Shown piece after piece: positions 8,369-16,926 of a stretch of DNA of 22,307 bases. A model generated the notes under the pieces. That model saw nothing but the letters and a program-made list of their open reading frames with translations, was not told the origin of the DNA and searched no databases. Where the stretch lies: contig JAUWNJ010000037.1 in NCBI GenBank assembly GCA_030612725.1, forward strand, positions 1 to 22,307, read 5' to 3'. This DNA comes from Planctomycetales bacterium (GTDB lineage: Bacteria > Planctomycetota > Phycisphaerae > SM23-33). Made by a program: the position numbers and the translations under genes. Position 1 is the first letter of the stretch, and each line of letters opens with the position of its first letter.

Positions 8369-8965
8369 ATGAGCGATAAGGAAACCAAAAAACTTCGTCT
8401 GGGTGTTCTGCTTTCCGGCGGGGGGCGGACGCTGATGAACATCCTGGAGTATATCCAGGCCGGGAAGTTATCGGCCGAGGTGGTCGTTGTTATCGCCAGC
8501 CGGGATTGCAAAGGCGTCGAACGCTCGCGGAACGCAGGGCTTGGTGTGCATATCGTTCCGTATAAGGAAATGCCGGATACGGAGACGTACTCGGCGGCGA
8601 TTGTCGAGCGACTCGACGCCGCCGAGGTGGACCTGGTCGTCCAGGCGGGGTTCCTCTCGTTCTGGAAAATCCCCCCGAAATACGAAGGGCGTGTATTGAA
8701 CATTCACCCCGCCCTGCTTCCGAGTTTCGGCGGGAACGGAATGTATGGCCGGCACGTTCACGAAGCCGTGCTGGCGGCCGGGTGCAAGGTCTCCGGATGT
8801 ACGGTTCATCTCGTGGATAACGAATACGACCATGGCCTGATAATTGTCCAGAAATGCGTTCCGGTCCGCGACGACGACACGCCCGACACACTGGCAGCCC
8901 GCGTCTTCGAACAGGAGTGCATCGCATACCCCGAAGCAATCGGATTGGTAGCCAGTAGTCAGTAG
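8369..8965 (+). CDS. purN: Phosphoribosylglycinamide formyltransferase
   Basis: LRLGVLLSGGGRTL, NIHPALLPSFGG and HLVDNEYDHGLII (the catalytic His/Asp region) are typical of PurN. 198 aa. Confidence 0.9.
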   Translation: MSDKETKKLRLGVLLSGGGRTLMNILEYIQAGKLSAEVVVVIASRDCKGVERSRNAGLGVHIVPYKEMPDTETYSAAIVERLDAAEVDLVVQAGFLSFWKIPPKYEGRVLNIHPALLPSFGGNGMYGRHVHEAVLAAGCKVSGCTVHLVDNEYDHGLIIVQKCVPVRDDDTPDTLAARVFEQECIAYPEAIGLVASSQ

Positions 8966-8980
8966 CCGGTAGTCGGTTGT

Positions 8981-9364
8981 TCAGTAAATTTGACTCTCAA
9001 CCCATTCTCGCGTACGTCGCACCATCTCCAAGGCCTCACGGCGATCCAAAGATGCTTCATGTGGCATTGTCTCGTAGCGAAAAAGCGATGCGTAGGGATT
9101 GAGAATATCAATGTCCTGCAGATCGTTCGGGACAGGGTGTCCTTCATCGGCCAAAAGGTCTATAAGTTCACGCAGATCATGTGTCTTGCGAAATCTGATT
9201 CCATGCAAGGATAATAACGCTTTGAGAATTTTTTCGAGAGCCTGTTGGCAGTGGAAGCCAATCGTATCATCGGAGACTCGTTCAGAATTGAGGACCTCAT
9301 CGACCAGCACTTCATCGTGCCGTGCCTTTTCCAGCAGAATAAGAGCCTGTTCACGCTGCTTCAT
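8981..9364 (-). CDS. HEPN-domain toxin (HepT-like) of a HEPN/MNT pair
   Basis: R-x4-H HEPN motif (RFRKTH) and an all-helical sequence. The start at internal ATG 9364 (MKQREQ...) overlaps the upstream MNT gene stop by 14 bp. The longer ORF to 9451 is probably not used. Confidence 0.75.
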   Translation of the reverse strand: MKQREQALILLEKARHDEVLVDEVLNSERVSDDTIGFHCQQALEKILKALLSLHGIRFRKTHDLRELIDLLADEGHPVPNDLQDIDILNPYASLFRYETMPHEASLDRREALEMVRRTREWVESQIY

Positions 9365-9668
9365 ATAGGACTTCTCCTTCCAGCGCGACCTCGAACATGA
9401 GGTTTCCCGGCGTATCCGACCAATAGTTATAGTACGCTTCATTGACCACAACTACATCCGCCGGAATTCGTAATGGGCTGACTACCCGTCGCAGGCGGAC
9501 CATCTCGGCCATGACGTCGGCGACCTGATCTTCCACTACAAGCAGGTCCACGTCGCTACCTTCGTCGGCGTTACCTGTCGCGTACGAACCGAATAAAATA
9601 ATTTTTTTCGGATGCGCCGCGTCGCGTAACAACTCAACCGCTTTTGAAATGCTTTCAGAGTCTATCAT
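9351..9668 (-). CDS. Minimal nucleotidyltransferase (MntA-like antitoxin) of a HEPN/MNT pair
   Basis: GSYATGNADEGSDVDLLVV is the hG[GS]x9-13Dh[DE]h nucleotidyltransferase signature. 105 aa. Confidence 0.8.
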   Translation of the reverse strand: MIDSESISKAVELLRDAAHPKKIILFGSYATGNADEGSDVDLLVVEDQVADVMAEMVRLRRVVSPLRIPADVVVVNEAYYNYWSDTPGNLMFEVALEGEVLYEAA

Positions 9669-9725
9669 TTTCTCACGTGAACTTTACTCTATATCGGACG
9701 GAGTTGAAGGTCAAATCCTTTGGAA

Positions 9726-11150
9726 CTATCCATTCAATCCATATTCCTTAATTTTGCGATAAAGTGTCCGTTCGCCGATACCGAGGATTTTGGCGGCCTG
9801 GGAGCGGTTGCCGATCACCATCTTGAGCGTGTTGCTGATGAGTTGCTTCTCGGCTTCTGAGATGCTGACTCCGACCAGCGAAGTTGTTTGCTCTTCGCCG
9901 GCCTGGGCGGTTCCGCGCAGTTCAGCCGGAAGGTCCTCGACGGAAATTTTCCCATCACAGGCCAGGACGACCATGTTCTCGACGACATTGCGCAACTGGC
10001 GCACATTTCCGGGCCAGTCGAATCCCATCAGTGTCCGTTGGACCTCCGATGAAATGCCGGCCACCTTCGTGTCGTGAGCGTCGTTTGCGAGTTTGATGAA
10101 GTGCTCAATCAGTTGCGGGACGTCCTCGATCCGATCCCTCAGCGGCGGAATTTTGATGGTTACACCGGCAAGGCGGAAGTACAGGTCCTCGCGGAAACGT
10201 TTTTCCTGTACCCGTCCTTCGAGATTAGTGTTGGTTGCGCTGACGACGCGAACGTCCACGTGAAACGGTTTATTCGACCCGACGCGGACAACTTCGCCGT
10301 TCTCCAGCACTCGCAACAGTTTGGCCTGCATGGCTGCGGGCATGTCGCCGACTTCGTCGAGAAAGATTGTCCCGCCGTCGGCGTATTCGAATCGTCCCTT
10401 GCGGTCGGCTGTCGCGCCGGTGTACGCGCCCTTGACGTGCCCGAAGAGTTCGTCCTCCAGAAGCGTCTCGCTAAGCCCCGCGCAGTTCAAAGCCACGAAT
10501 CGCCCGTTCTTCCGACGGGAATTGTTATGAATCGCGTAAGCGACAAGTTCCTTGCCCGTGCCCGACTCGCCCTGCACCAGCACCGGAAGATTCGACCGGG
10601 CAACCCGGCGGACGGTCTCAAGGATATGAACCATTCCGGGCGAGTGCCCGATAATACCGTCGAATCCGTAATGCTTGTCCATGTGTTCGCGGAGTTCGCG
10701 GATAAGACGCTGCCGGGCTGTACGCTCCGCCGCTCGCTGAACGACAACGCGAAGTTCGTCGAGGTTCAACGGCTTCTCGATATAATCGCACGCACCTTCC
10801 TGAAGCGCCGTCCGGCAGGTGTCCACAGCCGAGTGCCCCGTAACAAGGATAACCTCGGTTCCGGGAGAGTGTTTGCGGGCGGCAGACAGAACGGTCAGAC
10901 CCGCCTTTTCATCGCCCATTACCAGATCGGTAACGATTACGTCGAAGTGTTCTTTTTTCAGGCGGGTAATGGCTTCGGGTCCTGAGTGTACCATCTTCAC
11001 ATTATGTTTCAGTCGCGCCAGTCCTTCAGCCACGGCTTCGGCGTGATGAACCTCATCATCCACAACAAGAATATCCGCCCGGAAATTGTCCAGTGTTTTA
11101 TCCACGCGAGATAGGTTATCCTTTCGAGATGAAATTGTCAAAAAGCACAT
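9726..11150 (-). CDS. Sigma54-dependent NtrC-family response regulator (REC + AAA+ sigma54 activation domain + Fis-type HTH). No adjacent histidine kinase.
   Basis: REC domain with acceptor Asp ([10 protein letters not shown]), Walker A GESGTGKE, a GAYTGA loop (variant of GAFTGA), and the C-terminal [24 protein letters not shown]. The likely start is ATG at 11150 (MCFLT...). The ORF tool extends it to 11282. Confidence 0.85.
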   Translation of the reverse strand: MCFLTISSRKDNLSRVDKTLDNFRADILVVDDEVHHAEAVAEGLARLKHNVKMVHSGPEAITRLKKEHFDVIVTDLVMGDEKAGLTVLSAARKHSPGTEVILVTGHSAVDTCRTALQEGACDYIEKPLNLDELRVVVQRAAERTARQRLIRELREHMDKHYGFDGIIGHSPGMVHILETVRRVARSNLPVLVQGESGTGKELVAYAIHNNSRRKNGRFVALNCAGLSETLLEDELFGHVKGAYTGATADRKGRFEYADGGTIFLDEVGDMPAAMQAKLLRVLENGEVVRVGSNKPFHVDVRVVSATNTNLEGRVQEKRFREDLYFRLAGVTIKIPPLRDRIEDVPQLIEHFIKLANDAHDTKVAGISSEVQRTLMGFDWPGNVRQLRNVVENMVVLACDGKISVEDLPAELRGTAQAGEEQTTSLVGVSISEAEKQLISNTLKMVIGNRSQAAKILGIGERTLYRKIKEYGLNG

Positions 11151-11177
11151 TTTATGATTGGAGAGGGTGAAGAAATT

Positions 11178-11212
11178 GACGGGAATTTGCGATATAATAA
11201 ATATGGTGATAG
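11178..11212 (+). promoter_or_regulatory. Candidate sigma70-type promoter (TTGACG, 17-bp spacer, AAATAT) directed at the small ORF at 11285
   Basis: ttgacgggaatttgcgatataataaatat. This is hexamer spacing only, with no experimental support. Confidence 0.2.
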
Positions 11213-11284
11213 ATATGCCGGGGCGTAGCGAAAGGCCTCGGCAATACAAAGTGTCGTGTACGCTAAAATATCGGAGTAACAAGA

Positions 11285-11467
11285 ATGTCGAAAGAGTTTA
11301 ATCCCGAAGCCGACGTCAAGGGACAAATAGAGAAACTGATGCTGGAAATCAAGGAACTGACCCAACGGCGCGAGGAGTCAGCCGATCCCCAGGCCGACAG
11401 TATCCTGGCGGATCAGATAAAAGACCTCGAAGACCAGGCAGCATTCCTGAAACGCCAATTGCCTTAA
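11285..11467 (+). CDS. Small (60 aa) charged, predicted coiled-coil protein, convergent with glnA and divergent from the NtrC-like gene
   Basis: GGAG SD 8 nt upstream of the ATG. The heptad-like sequence IEKLMLEIKELTQRREE...IKDLEDQAAFLKRQL is reminiscent of DUF465/YdcH-type small proteins. It is followed by a strong compound hairpin. Confidence 0.4.
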   Translation: MSKEFNPEADVKGQIEKLMLEIKELTQRREESADPQADSILADQIKDLEDQAAFLKRQLP

Positions 11468-11470
11468 AAG

Positions 11471-11600
11471 CAGTCAGCGGTCAGCTATCAGCAGTCAGCA
11501 AAAACAGATAACAGCAAACAACAAACAACGAACGAGCTGACCGCTGATCGCTCTTTGCTTTTTGCTTTTTGCTGATCGCTGAATGCTGACCGCTGATCGC
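11471..11600. terminator. Compound inverted/direct repeat, probably a bidirectional terminator, between convergent genes
   Basis: tcagcggtcagctatcagcagtcagcaaaaa (11474-11505) is the near reverse complement of ttttgctgatcgctgaatgctgaccgctga (~11566-11597). gctgaccgctgatcgc occurs as an exact 16-bp direct repeat at 11535-11550 and 11585-11600. The T/A-rich tracts gcaaaaacag and ctttttgctttttgc flank the centre. Confidence 0.5.
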
Positions 11601-13051
11601 TATAGATCAAAATACATACAGAATTCGAACGGGTGAGGCCTTTGGCGCAGCGCGTCCACCTCGTTCTCGCGTTTGTACTTCATCCAATAATAAATCACGT
11701 CGTCGGTAAAGACGCCGCCTTCCAGCAGGTATTTATGGTCTGCTTCCAGGGCGTTCAGGGCTGCATCCAGATCGACCGGGGCTGAGGCGATTTTGGCGTA
11801 CTCTTCGGCGCTGAGGTGGTAAATGTCCTTGTCGATGGGGTCGCCGGGGTCGATCTCATTTTTAATCCCGTCGAGGGCGGCCATCGTTATGGCTGAAAAC
11901 GCCAGGTACGGATTGCAACTGCTGTCCGGGCAGCGGAACTCCAGACGTTTGGTCCTTGGATTTTCGCTGTAAGTCGGTATGCGTATGGCGGCGGAGCGGT
12001 TCCGACTGGAATAGACCATGTTCACCGGCGCTTCGTATCCCGGAACGAGGCGCTTGTAACTGTTGGTCGTCGGGTTGGTGAAGGCCAACAGCGATGAGGC
12101 GTGTTTGAGGATTCCGCCGATGGCGTGCAGACCCATTTTCGAGAACCCGGCGTATTCGCCTCCGGCAAAGAGCGGTGTGTCGCCCTTCCACAAAGAGAAG
12201 TGTACGTGCATACCCGATCCGTTGTCCTGAAAGAGCGGCTTGGGCATGAAGGTAACGGTTTTACCGAACCATGCAGCCACGTTCTTGGTGATGTACTTAT
12301 ACAGCATCACCTTGTCGGACATGTTCACAAGCGTATCGAAGAGCATGTCGATCTCGGCCTGCCCGCCGGTGGCGACCTCGTGGTGATGCGCTTCGACGGC
12401 GATTCCGCACTGTTGGAGAACGGCCATCATTTCCGAGCGGATGTCCTGACCCCGATCGGTCGGCGGAAGCGGGAAGTATCCTTCCTTGAGGCGAACCTTA
12501 TGGCCGAGGTTGTCGGGGTTGTCGCTTCCTCGGTTCCAGATACCCTCTTCGCTGTCCACGTAGTAATGCGCGCCGTTGACGGTCTGGTCGTATCGGGCGT
12601 GGTCGAAGATGAAGAACTCCGGCTCGGGGCCGAAGCAGGCTGTGTCGGCGATTCCGCTTTGGGCCAGGTACGCCTCACACTTCCGCCCGATGGACCTGGG
12701 GTCCCGGCTGTATTCCTCGAAGTCGATGGGACTTTTGACATTGCAGATTAACATCAGTGTCGGGCGAGCCATGAACGGATCGACCACAGCCGTATCGGCT
12801 ACGGGCACGATGAGCATGTCGGACTCGTTAATCGCCTGCCATCCACGGAGGCTCGAACCGTCGAAACCAAAACCGGCAGTGAAACTCTCTTCAGTCAGTT
12901 CACTCGCCGGAACCGTCAAGTGTTGCCACAGACCCGGAAAGTCCAGAAACCGCAGGTCCACAAATTCGATCTTTCCGGTCTGATTGGTCTTGGGTATTGA
13001 AACTTCCTTATTGCGAATAAAATCAACCACTTCGGCAGGCGTCTTAAACAT
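11600..13051 (-). CDS. glnA: Glutamine synthetase type I
   Basis: MFKTPAEVVDFIRNKEV N-terminus; GS beta-grasp and catalytic regions (DGSS, GPEPEFF, NGSGMHVHFSLW, YKRLVPGYEAPV, RIPTYSENPRTKRLEFRCPD). AAGGA SD 8 nt upstream of ATG 13051. The ORF tool over-extends it to 13144. Confidence 0.9.
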   Translation of the reverse strand: MFKTPAEVVDFIRNKEVSIPKTNQTGKIEFVDLRFLDFPGLWQHLTVPASELTEESFTAGFGFDGSSLRGWQAINESDMLIVPVADTAVVDPFMARPTLMLICNVKSPIDFEEYSRDPRSIGRKCEAYLAQSGIADTACFGPEPEFFIFDHARYDQTVNGAHYYVDSEEGIWNRGSDNPDNLGHKVRLKEGYFPLPPTDRGQDIRSEMMAVLQQCGIAVEAHHHEVATGGQAEIDMLFDTLVNMSDKVMLYKYITKNVAAWFGKTVTFMPKPLFQDNGSGMHVHFSLWKGDTPLFAGGEYAGFSKMGLHAIGGILKHASSLLAFTNPTTNSYKRLVPGYEAPVNMVYSSRNRSAAIRIPTYSENPRTKRLEFRCPDSSCNPYLAFSAITMAALDGIKNEIDPGDPIDKDIYHLSAEEYAKIASAPVDLDAALNALEADHKYLLEGGVFTDDVIYYWMKYKRENEVDALRQRPHPFEFCMYFDL

Positions 13052-13158
13052 TTTTGCATCCTTCCAGTCAAAAGGCGGAATCTCAACTCTGGTATAAAAC
13101 CCACGACGGGGCAGGAGTTTAACACCCGCAGGCGGGACGGTCAAGAGGAATACAAAAT

Positions 13159-13316
13159 GGCATCAGGCATTGGGCATTTGGCATTGGTGGCACGGGGTTT
13201 ATGAAGGTTGTTCCTGTTTAATTCGCCGATTCGGCAAAACCGCCGGACATAATGACCGAACGTGCAATTACCAACAACCACCAATGCCCAGTACCGAATG
13301 CCGAATGCCCAATTCC
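13159..13316. promoter_or_regulatory. Inverted arrays of GGCATTN heptamers in the glnA / M42-peptidase divergent intergenic region, candidate regulator binding sites
   Basis: ggcatca ggcattg ggcattt ggcattg gtgg at 13159-13190, and the reverse-complement array caatgcc cagtacc gaatgcc gaatgcc caattcc at 13279-13316. ggcattggtgg and ccaccaatgcc are perfect 11-bp reverse complements ~88 bp apart. The palindrome gccgattcggc lies between them at 13224-13234. Confidence 0.4.
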
Positions 13317-13393
13317 CCTTAATTCTCGACAAAACGGTACTGATTGCATAGTATGTTCCGACGATTAAGGCATTGTTCCGAGGAGAAAAACAA

Positions 13394-14464
13394 ATGCGCG
13401 AAGAATCGCTTGAGTTTCTGAAGAAATTGCTGACCACTCCCAGCCCGTCCGGCTATGAGTCTCGCGGACAGAGAATATGGTGCGAGTACGCCCGGAAATA
13501 CGCCGACGAGGTACACACCGACGCTTACGGAAACGCGGTGGCGGTGCTGAATCCCGGCGGGGACCCGAAGATTATGCTCGACGGGCACGCCGACGAGATA
13601 GGTCTGATGGTCAAGCACATCGACGAGAAGGGATTCATCTATTTTCAGAGGATAGGCGGGGTGGACCCTGCCCTGGTTCGCGGCAAACGAGTCAACATCC
13701 ACACCGCTAAGGGCATTGTCCGCGGCGTAACCGGCGCGACGGCAATCCACCTTCGGAAGCGCGAAAAGGAACCTAAAGTCACCAAGATGCACGAGATATT
13801 CATCGACATCGGCGCATCCGACCGAAAGGCCGCCGCCAGGAAAGTGGCTGTGGGCGACCCGATTACGTTCGTCGATGACTTCGAGGTGCTCAACGGATCC
13901 GTAGCCGTCGCCCGCGCTTTCGATAATCGCGTGGGCACATGGGCGGTGATAGAGGCTCTGCGTCTGGCTGCCGAGGCCAGGGTCAAGCCAAAATGCGCGA
14001 TATATGCGTGCAGTTCTGTCCAGGAAGAATTGGGCCTGCACGGCGCGACAATGAGCGCCGCCAACGTCTCCCCGGACGCAGCCATCGCCGTCGATGTAAC
14101 CCACGCCACCGACACGCCCGGAATCGACGTCAAGCAGCACGGCGAGATTAAGATGGGCAAAGGCCCAACCGTCAGCCTCGGGCGGGAAAACCACCCCGCT
14201 ATCGTCGAGCGGTTCCGAAAAGTCGCCGGGAAGAAAAAGATTAACGTACAAATCGAGACCTTCAGCCTCACCGGCGGGACTAACGCCTACGCCATATGGA
14301 CCAAACAGGGCGGCATACCGTCAGCCATAATCAGCGTACCAAACCGCTATATGCACACAACCGTCGAGATGATTGACCTGAAAGACCTCCAGCGCACAGC
14401 CGACCTGCTGGCGGGATTCTGCCTCGACCTGAAAAAAAGCGAACGATTCAAAGTAAAAGTGTAG
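13394..14464 (+). CDS. M42-family metallopeptidase (glutamyl aminopeptidase / FrvX / CelM-like)
   Basis: LEFLKKLLTTPSPSGYE, DGHADEIGLMV and the metal-ligand regions (HxD…D…EE…D…H) are typical of M42. AGGAG SD upstream of ATG 13394. The ORF tool starts earlier, at 13373. Confidence 0.85.
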   Translation: MREESLEFLKKLLTTPSPSGYESRGQRIWCEYARKYADEVHTDAYGNAVAVLNPGGDPKIMLDGHADEIGLMVKHIDEKGFIYFQRIGGVDPALVRGKRVNIHTAKGIVRGVTGATAIHLRKREKEPKVTKMHEIFIDIGASDRKAAARKVAVGDPITFVDDFEVLNGSVAVARAFDNRVGTWAVIEALRLAAEARVKPKCAIYACSSVQEELGLHGATMSAANVSPDAAIAVDVTHATDTPGIDVKQHGEIKMGKGPTVSLGRENHPAIVERFRKVAGKKKINVQIETFSLTGGTNAYAIWTKQGGIPSAIISVPNRYMHTTVEMIDLKDLQRTADLLAGFCLDLKKSERFKVKV

Positions 14465-14482
14465 TAGTCGGTAGCGATCTTC

Positions 14483-15211
14483 ATGGAACTAACCGGTAAA
14501 ATCGCGTTGGTAACAGGTGCTGCCAAGCGTATCGGAAAGGCGATTGCTCTGGCCTTGACCCACGCCGGAGCCGACGTGATTATCCATCACAATCGCTCGC
14601 AGGCCGACGCCGAGGCAACAGCATCGGAAATCGTAGAAGCCGGAAGGCGCGTCGAAATCTTCCAGGCAGACCTGTCGAAACCCGAACAAATCGAGAAAAT
14701 GTTCGCGGCTGTGGGCGAGAAATTCGGCCGGCTTGACGTGCTGGTCAACAACGCCGCCATCTTCAAACGCACACCGTTAGAAACGCTGTCGGCTGAACAA
14801 TGGGACGCGCAGATGAACCTCAATGCCCGCGCACCGGCATTGTGCACCGCCCACGCCCTGCCGCTGATGGGCGACGGTGGAACCATTGTCAATATCACCG
14901 ACATCGCAGCCGAGGCTTCCCTGGCGGGATACCCCGCCTACTGCGCATCCAAAGCCGCCTTGCTCGCACTGACCAAAAGCGCCGCCAAGGCCTTGGCAGC
15001 GAGAAACATTCGCGTCAATGCCGTCGCGCCGGGCGCGATCCTCTGGGCCGATGACATTTCGGAAACGGAAAAGCAGACCGTTTTAGACAATATCCCCTTG
15101 AAACGTCTCGGCTGTCCCGACGACATCGCAGCCGCGGTTGTCTTCCTCGCCGGACACGATTACATCACCGGACAAACCCTCCGCATCGACGGCGGGCGGT
15201 ATATGGGATAA
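14483..15211 (+). CDS. SDR-family oxidoreductase, pteridine reductase / FolM-like
   Basis: TGAAKRIG Rossmann motif (characteristic of PTR1/FolM-type SDRs), catalytic YxxxK (YCASK), and the C-terminal LRIDGGR. 242 aa. Confidence 0.8.
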   Translation: MELTGKIALVTGAAKRIGKAIALALTHAGADVIIHHNRSQADAEATASEIVEAGRRVEIFQADLSKPEQIEKMFAAVGEKFGRLDVLVNNAAIFKRTPLETLSAEQWDAQMNLNARAPALCTAHALPLMGDGGTIVNITDIAAEASLAGYPAYCASKAALLALTKSAAKALAARNIRVNAVAPGAILWADDISETEKQTVLDNIPLKRLGCPDDIAAAVVFLAGHDYITGQTLRIDGGRYMG

Positions 15212-15212
15212 A

Positions 15213-15247
15213 ACGAAAAAAGGGTCAGGAGCCTTTTTCGTTTGTTG
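15213..15247. terminator. Rho-independent-type hairpin, A-tract / stem / T-tract, possibly bidirectional
   Basis: acgaaaaaagg gtcaggag cctttttcgttt gives a ~10-bp stem and 8-nt loop, followed by a T-rich run, directly after the SDR stop codon. Confidence 0.5.
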
Positions 15248-15281
15248 CAATTTCCATCGAGTTGTTATAGTAACACCGATT

Positions 15282-16916
15282 ATGGACCAGCATTATTTAC
15301 AACGTCGGTATCTGTTGAGTTTTGACAGCAGGGACATCGGGCATATCTTCACGGACGTGCTGGTGGTCGGGGCAGGCGCTGCCGGTCTGCGAGCGGCACT
15401 GGCGGCAGCCGACGACGCCCAGGTACTTGTCCTGACCAAAGGCGATCCCGTCCAATCCAATACCTACCATGCCCAGGGCGGAATCGCTGCGGTAATGGCT
15501 GACGACGATTCAATCGAAGCGCACATAGCCGACACTATCGCCTGTGCCGCCGGGCTTGGCGATGAGAAAATAATCCGCCAGATAATTTCCCGCGCCCCCG
15601 ACACTATCGCCGAGATGATCGAATGGGGTCTGCCGGCAGACATCGAGGACGGTAAGATCGCCCTTGGGCGTGAGGGCGCGCATTCAGCCGCTCGCGTCGT
15701 ACACGCTCACGGCGACGCTACCGGGAAATACCTGGCCGAGACGCTCATCGCCCGCGCGAAAGAACACGAAAATATTAAAATATTCGACAACTGCTTCGTC
15801 GTGGACCTGGTAACAAACGACGATGACGGAGCAGTCCTCGGCGCGATTACGTTCCATAACCGCTACGGCCTGCAGATGATCTGGGCGAAGCAGACGATCC
15901 TTGCCGCCGGTGGAGCCGGAATGCTCTGGCGCGAAACATCCAACCCCCCCTGCTCGACCGCCGACGCCGTCGCTATCGCCTTCCGCGCCGGTGCGGAACT
16001 GGCCGAGATGGAAATGATGCAGTTCCACCCCACTACTCTTTACATCGCCGGAGCGACCCGCGCCCTGATAAGCGAAGCCGTTCGCGGCGAGGGGGCATAC
16101 CTCATCGACCGCAACGGATACCGCTTCATGGGTGATTACCACGCCGACGGCGAATTGGCCCCCCGCGACGTCGTCAGCAGAGCAATCGTCGCGCATACAG
16201 CCAAGACCGGCTCGACGCACGTGTTCCTTGACGTTCGCCACATCGGCGAGGAACGGTTCAAACGTCGATTCCCGCAGATTTATCAACTCTGCACGGATTT
16301 TGACATCGATATCGCCAAAGACCTCATTCCCGTCCGACCGGCTGCTCATTATATGATCGGCGGCGTCAAAGCCGACGACAAGGGAAGAACTTCCCTTCCG
16401 GGACTGTGGGCGTGCGGAGAGGCCGCCTGCACCGGTCTGCACGGAGCAAACCGCCTGGCGAGCAACTCGCTGCTTGAGGCGCTGGTGGCGGGCAAAGCAA
16501 CCGGAACCGGAGCCGCCGCCGAAACAAAACACGCCAATACAAAACTCACCGCCCGACGAATCATCTCGACCAATCCGCATTCCGATCGCACCGAACTGGA
16601 CTTATCCGACATCCGCAATTCGCTGCGGTCGATGATGTGGCGCAACGCCGGTATCGTCCGCTCCGGTGCAAGGCTGACCGAAACGAAGGAGATTATCGCC
16701 TTCTGGGGCAGGTACGTCATGGACAAGGAATTTTTCGACCCCGCCGGGTGGGAGGTCCAGAACATGCTGACAGCCTCACTGCTGGTCATCGAGTGCGCCT
16801 TCCGCCGGACAGAAACCAGAGGCGTCCACTACCGCAAAGATTTCCCCGAAACAGACCAAGCCTGGGCGAGACGACAAATATTACGACGAACCGAGCAACA
16901 ATTGGTGGTTATGTAA
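15282..16916 (+). CDS. nadB: L-aspartate oxidase
   Basis: FAD-binding DVLVVGAGAAGLRAAL, HAQGGIAAV, the RxxxHxxGGV region and the C-terminal helical domain are typical of NadB/succinate-dehydrogenase flavoprotein-family aspartate oxidase. ATG 15282 is chosen as the start. 544 aa. Confidence 0.85.
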   Translation: MDQHYLQRRYLLSFDSRDIGHIFTDVLVVGAGAAGLRAALAAADDAQVLVLTKGDPVQSNTYHAQGGIAAVMADDDSIEAHIADTIACAAGLGDEKIIRQIISRAPDTIAEMIEWGLPADIEDGKIALGREGAHSAARVVHAHGDATGKYLAETLIARAKEHENIKIFDNCFVVDLVTNDDDGAVLGAITFHNRYGLQMIWAKQTILAAGGAGMLWRETSNPPCSTADAVAIAFRAGAELAEMEMMQFHPTTLYIAGATRALISEAVRGEGAYLIDRNGYRFMGDYHADGELAPRDVVSRAIVAHTAKTGSTHVFLDVRHIGEERFKRRFPQIYQLCTDFDIDIAKDLIPVRPAAHYMIGGVKADDKGRTSLPGLWACGEAACTGLHGANRLASNSLLEALVAGKATGTGAAAETKHANTKLTARRIISTNPHSDRTELDLSDIRNSLRSMMWRNAGIVRSGARLTETKEIIAFWGRYVMDKEFFDPAGWEVQNMLTASLLVIECAFRRTETRGVHYRKDFPETDQAWARRQILRRTEQQLVVM

Positions 16917-16926
16917 GGAATATGCA

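Noticed and set aside
8946-8978. AGTAGYC heptamer run cagtagtcagtagccggtagtcgg at the purN end, and a similar gtagtagtcggtagcg at 14463-14478
   Set aside because: Short and partly inside the purN coding sequence. The two occurrences share only ~11 bp (gtagtcggtag), which could easily be chance. Not enough to call a repeat family.
13186-13200. Possible sigma54 promoter TGGCACGgggtTTAT pointing at the M42 peptidase gene
   Set aside because: The -24 GG element is good, but the -12 element lacks the conserved GC (TTAT instead of TTGC). Kept only as a weak note within the heptamer-array finding.
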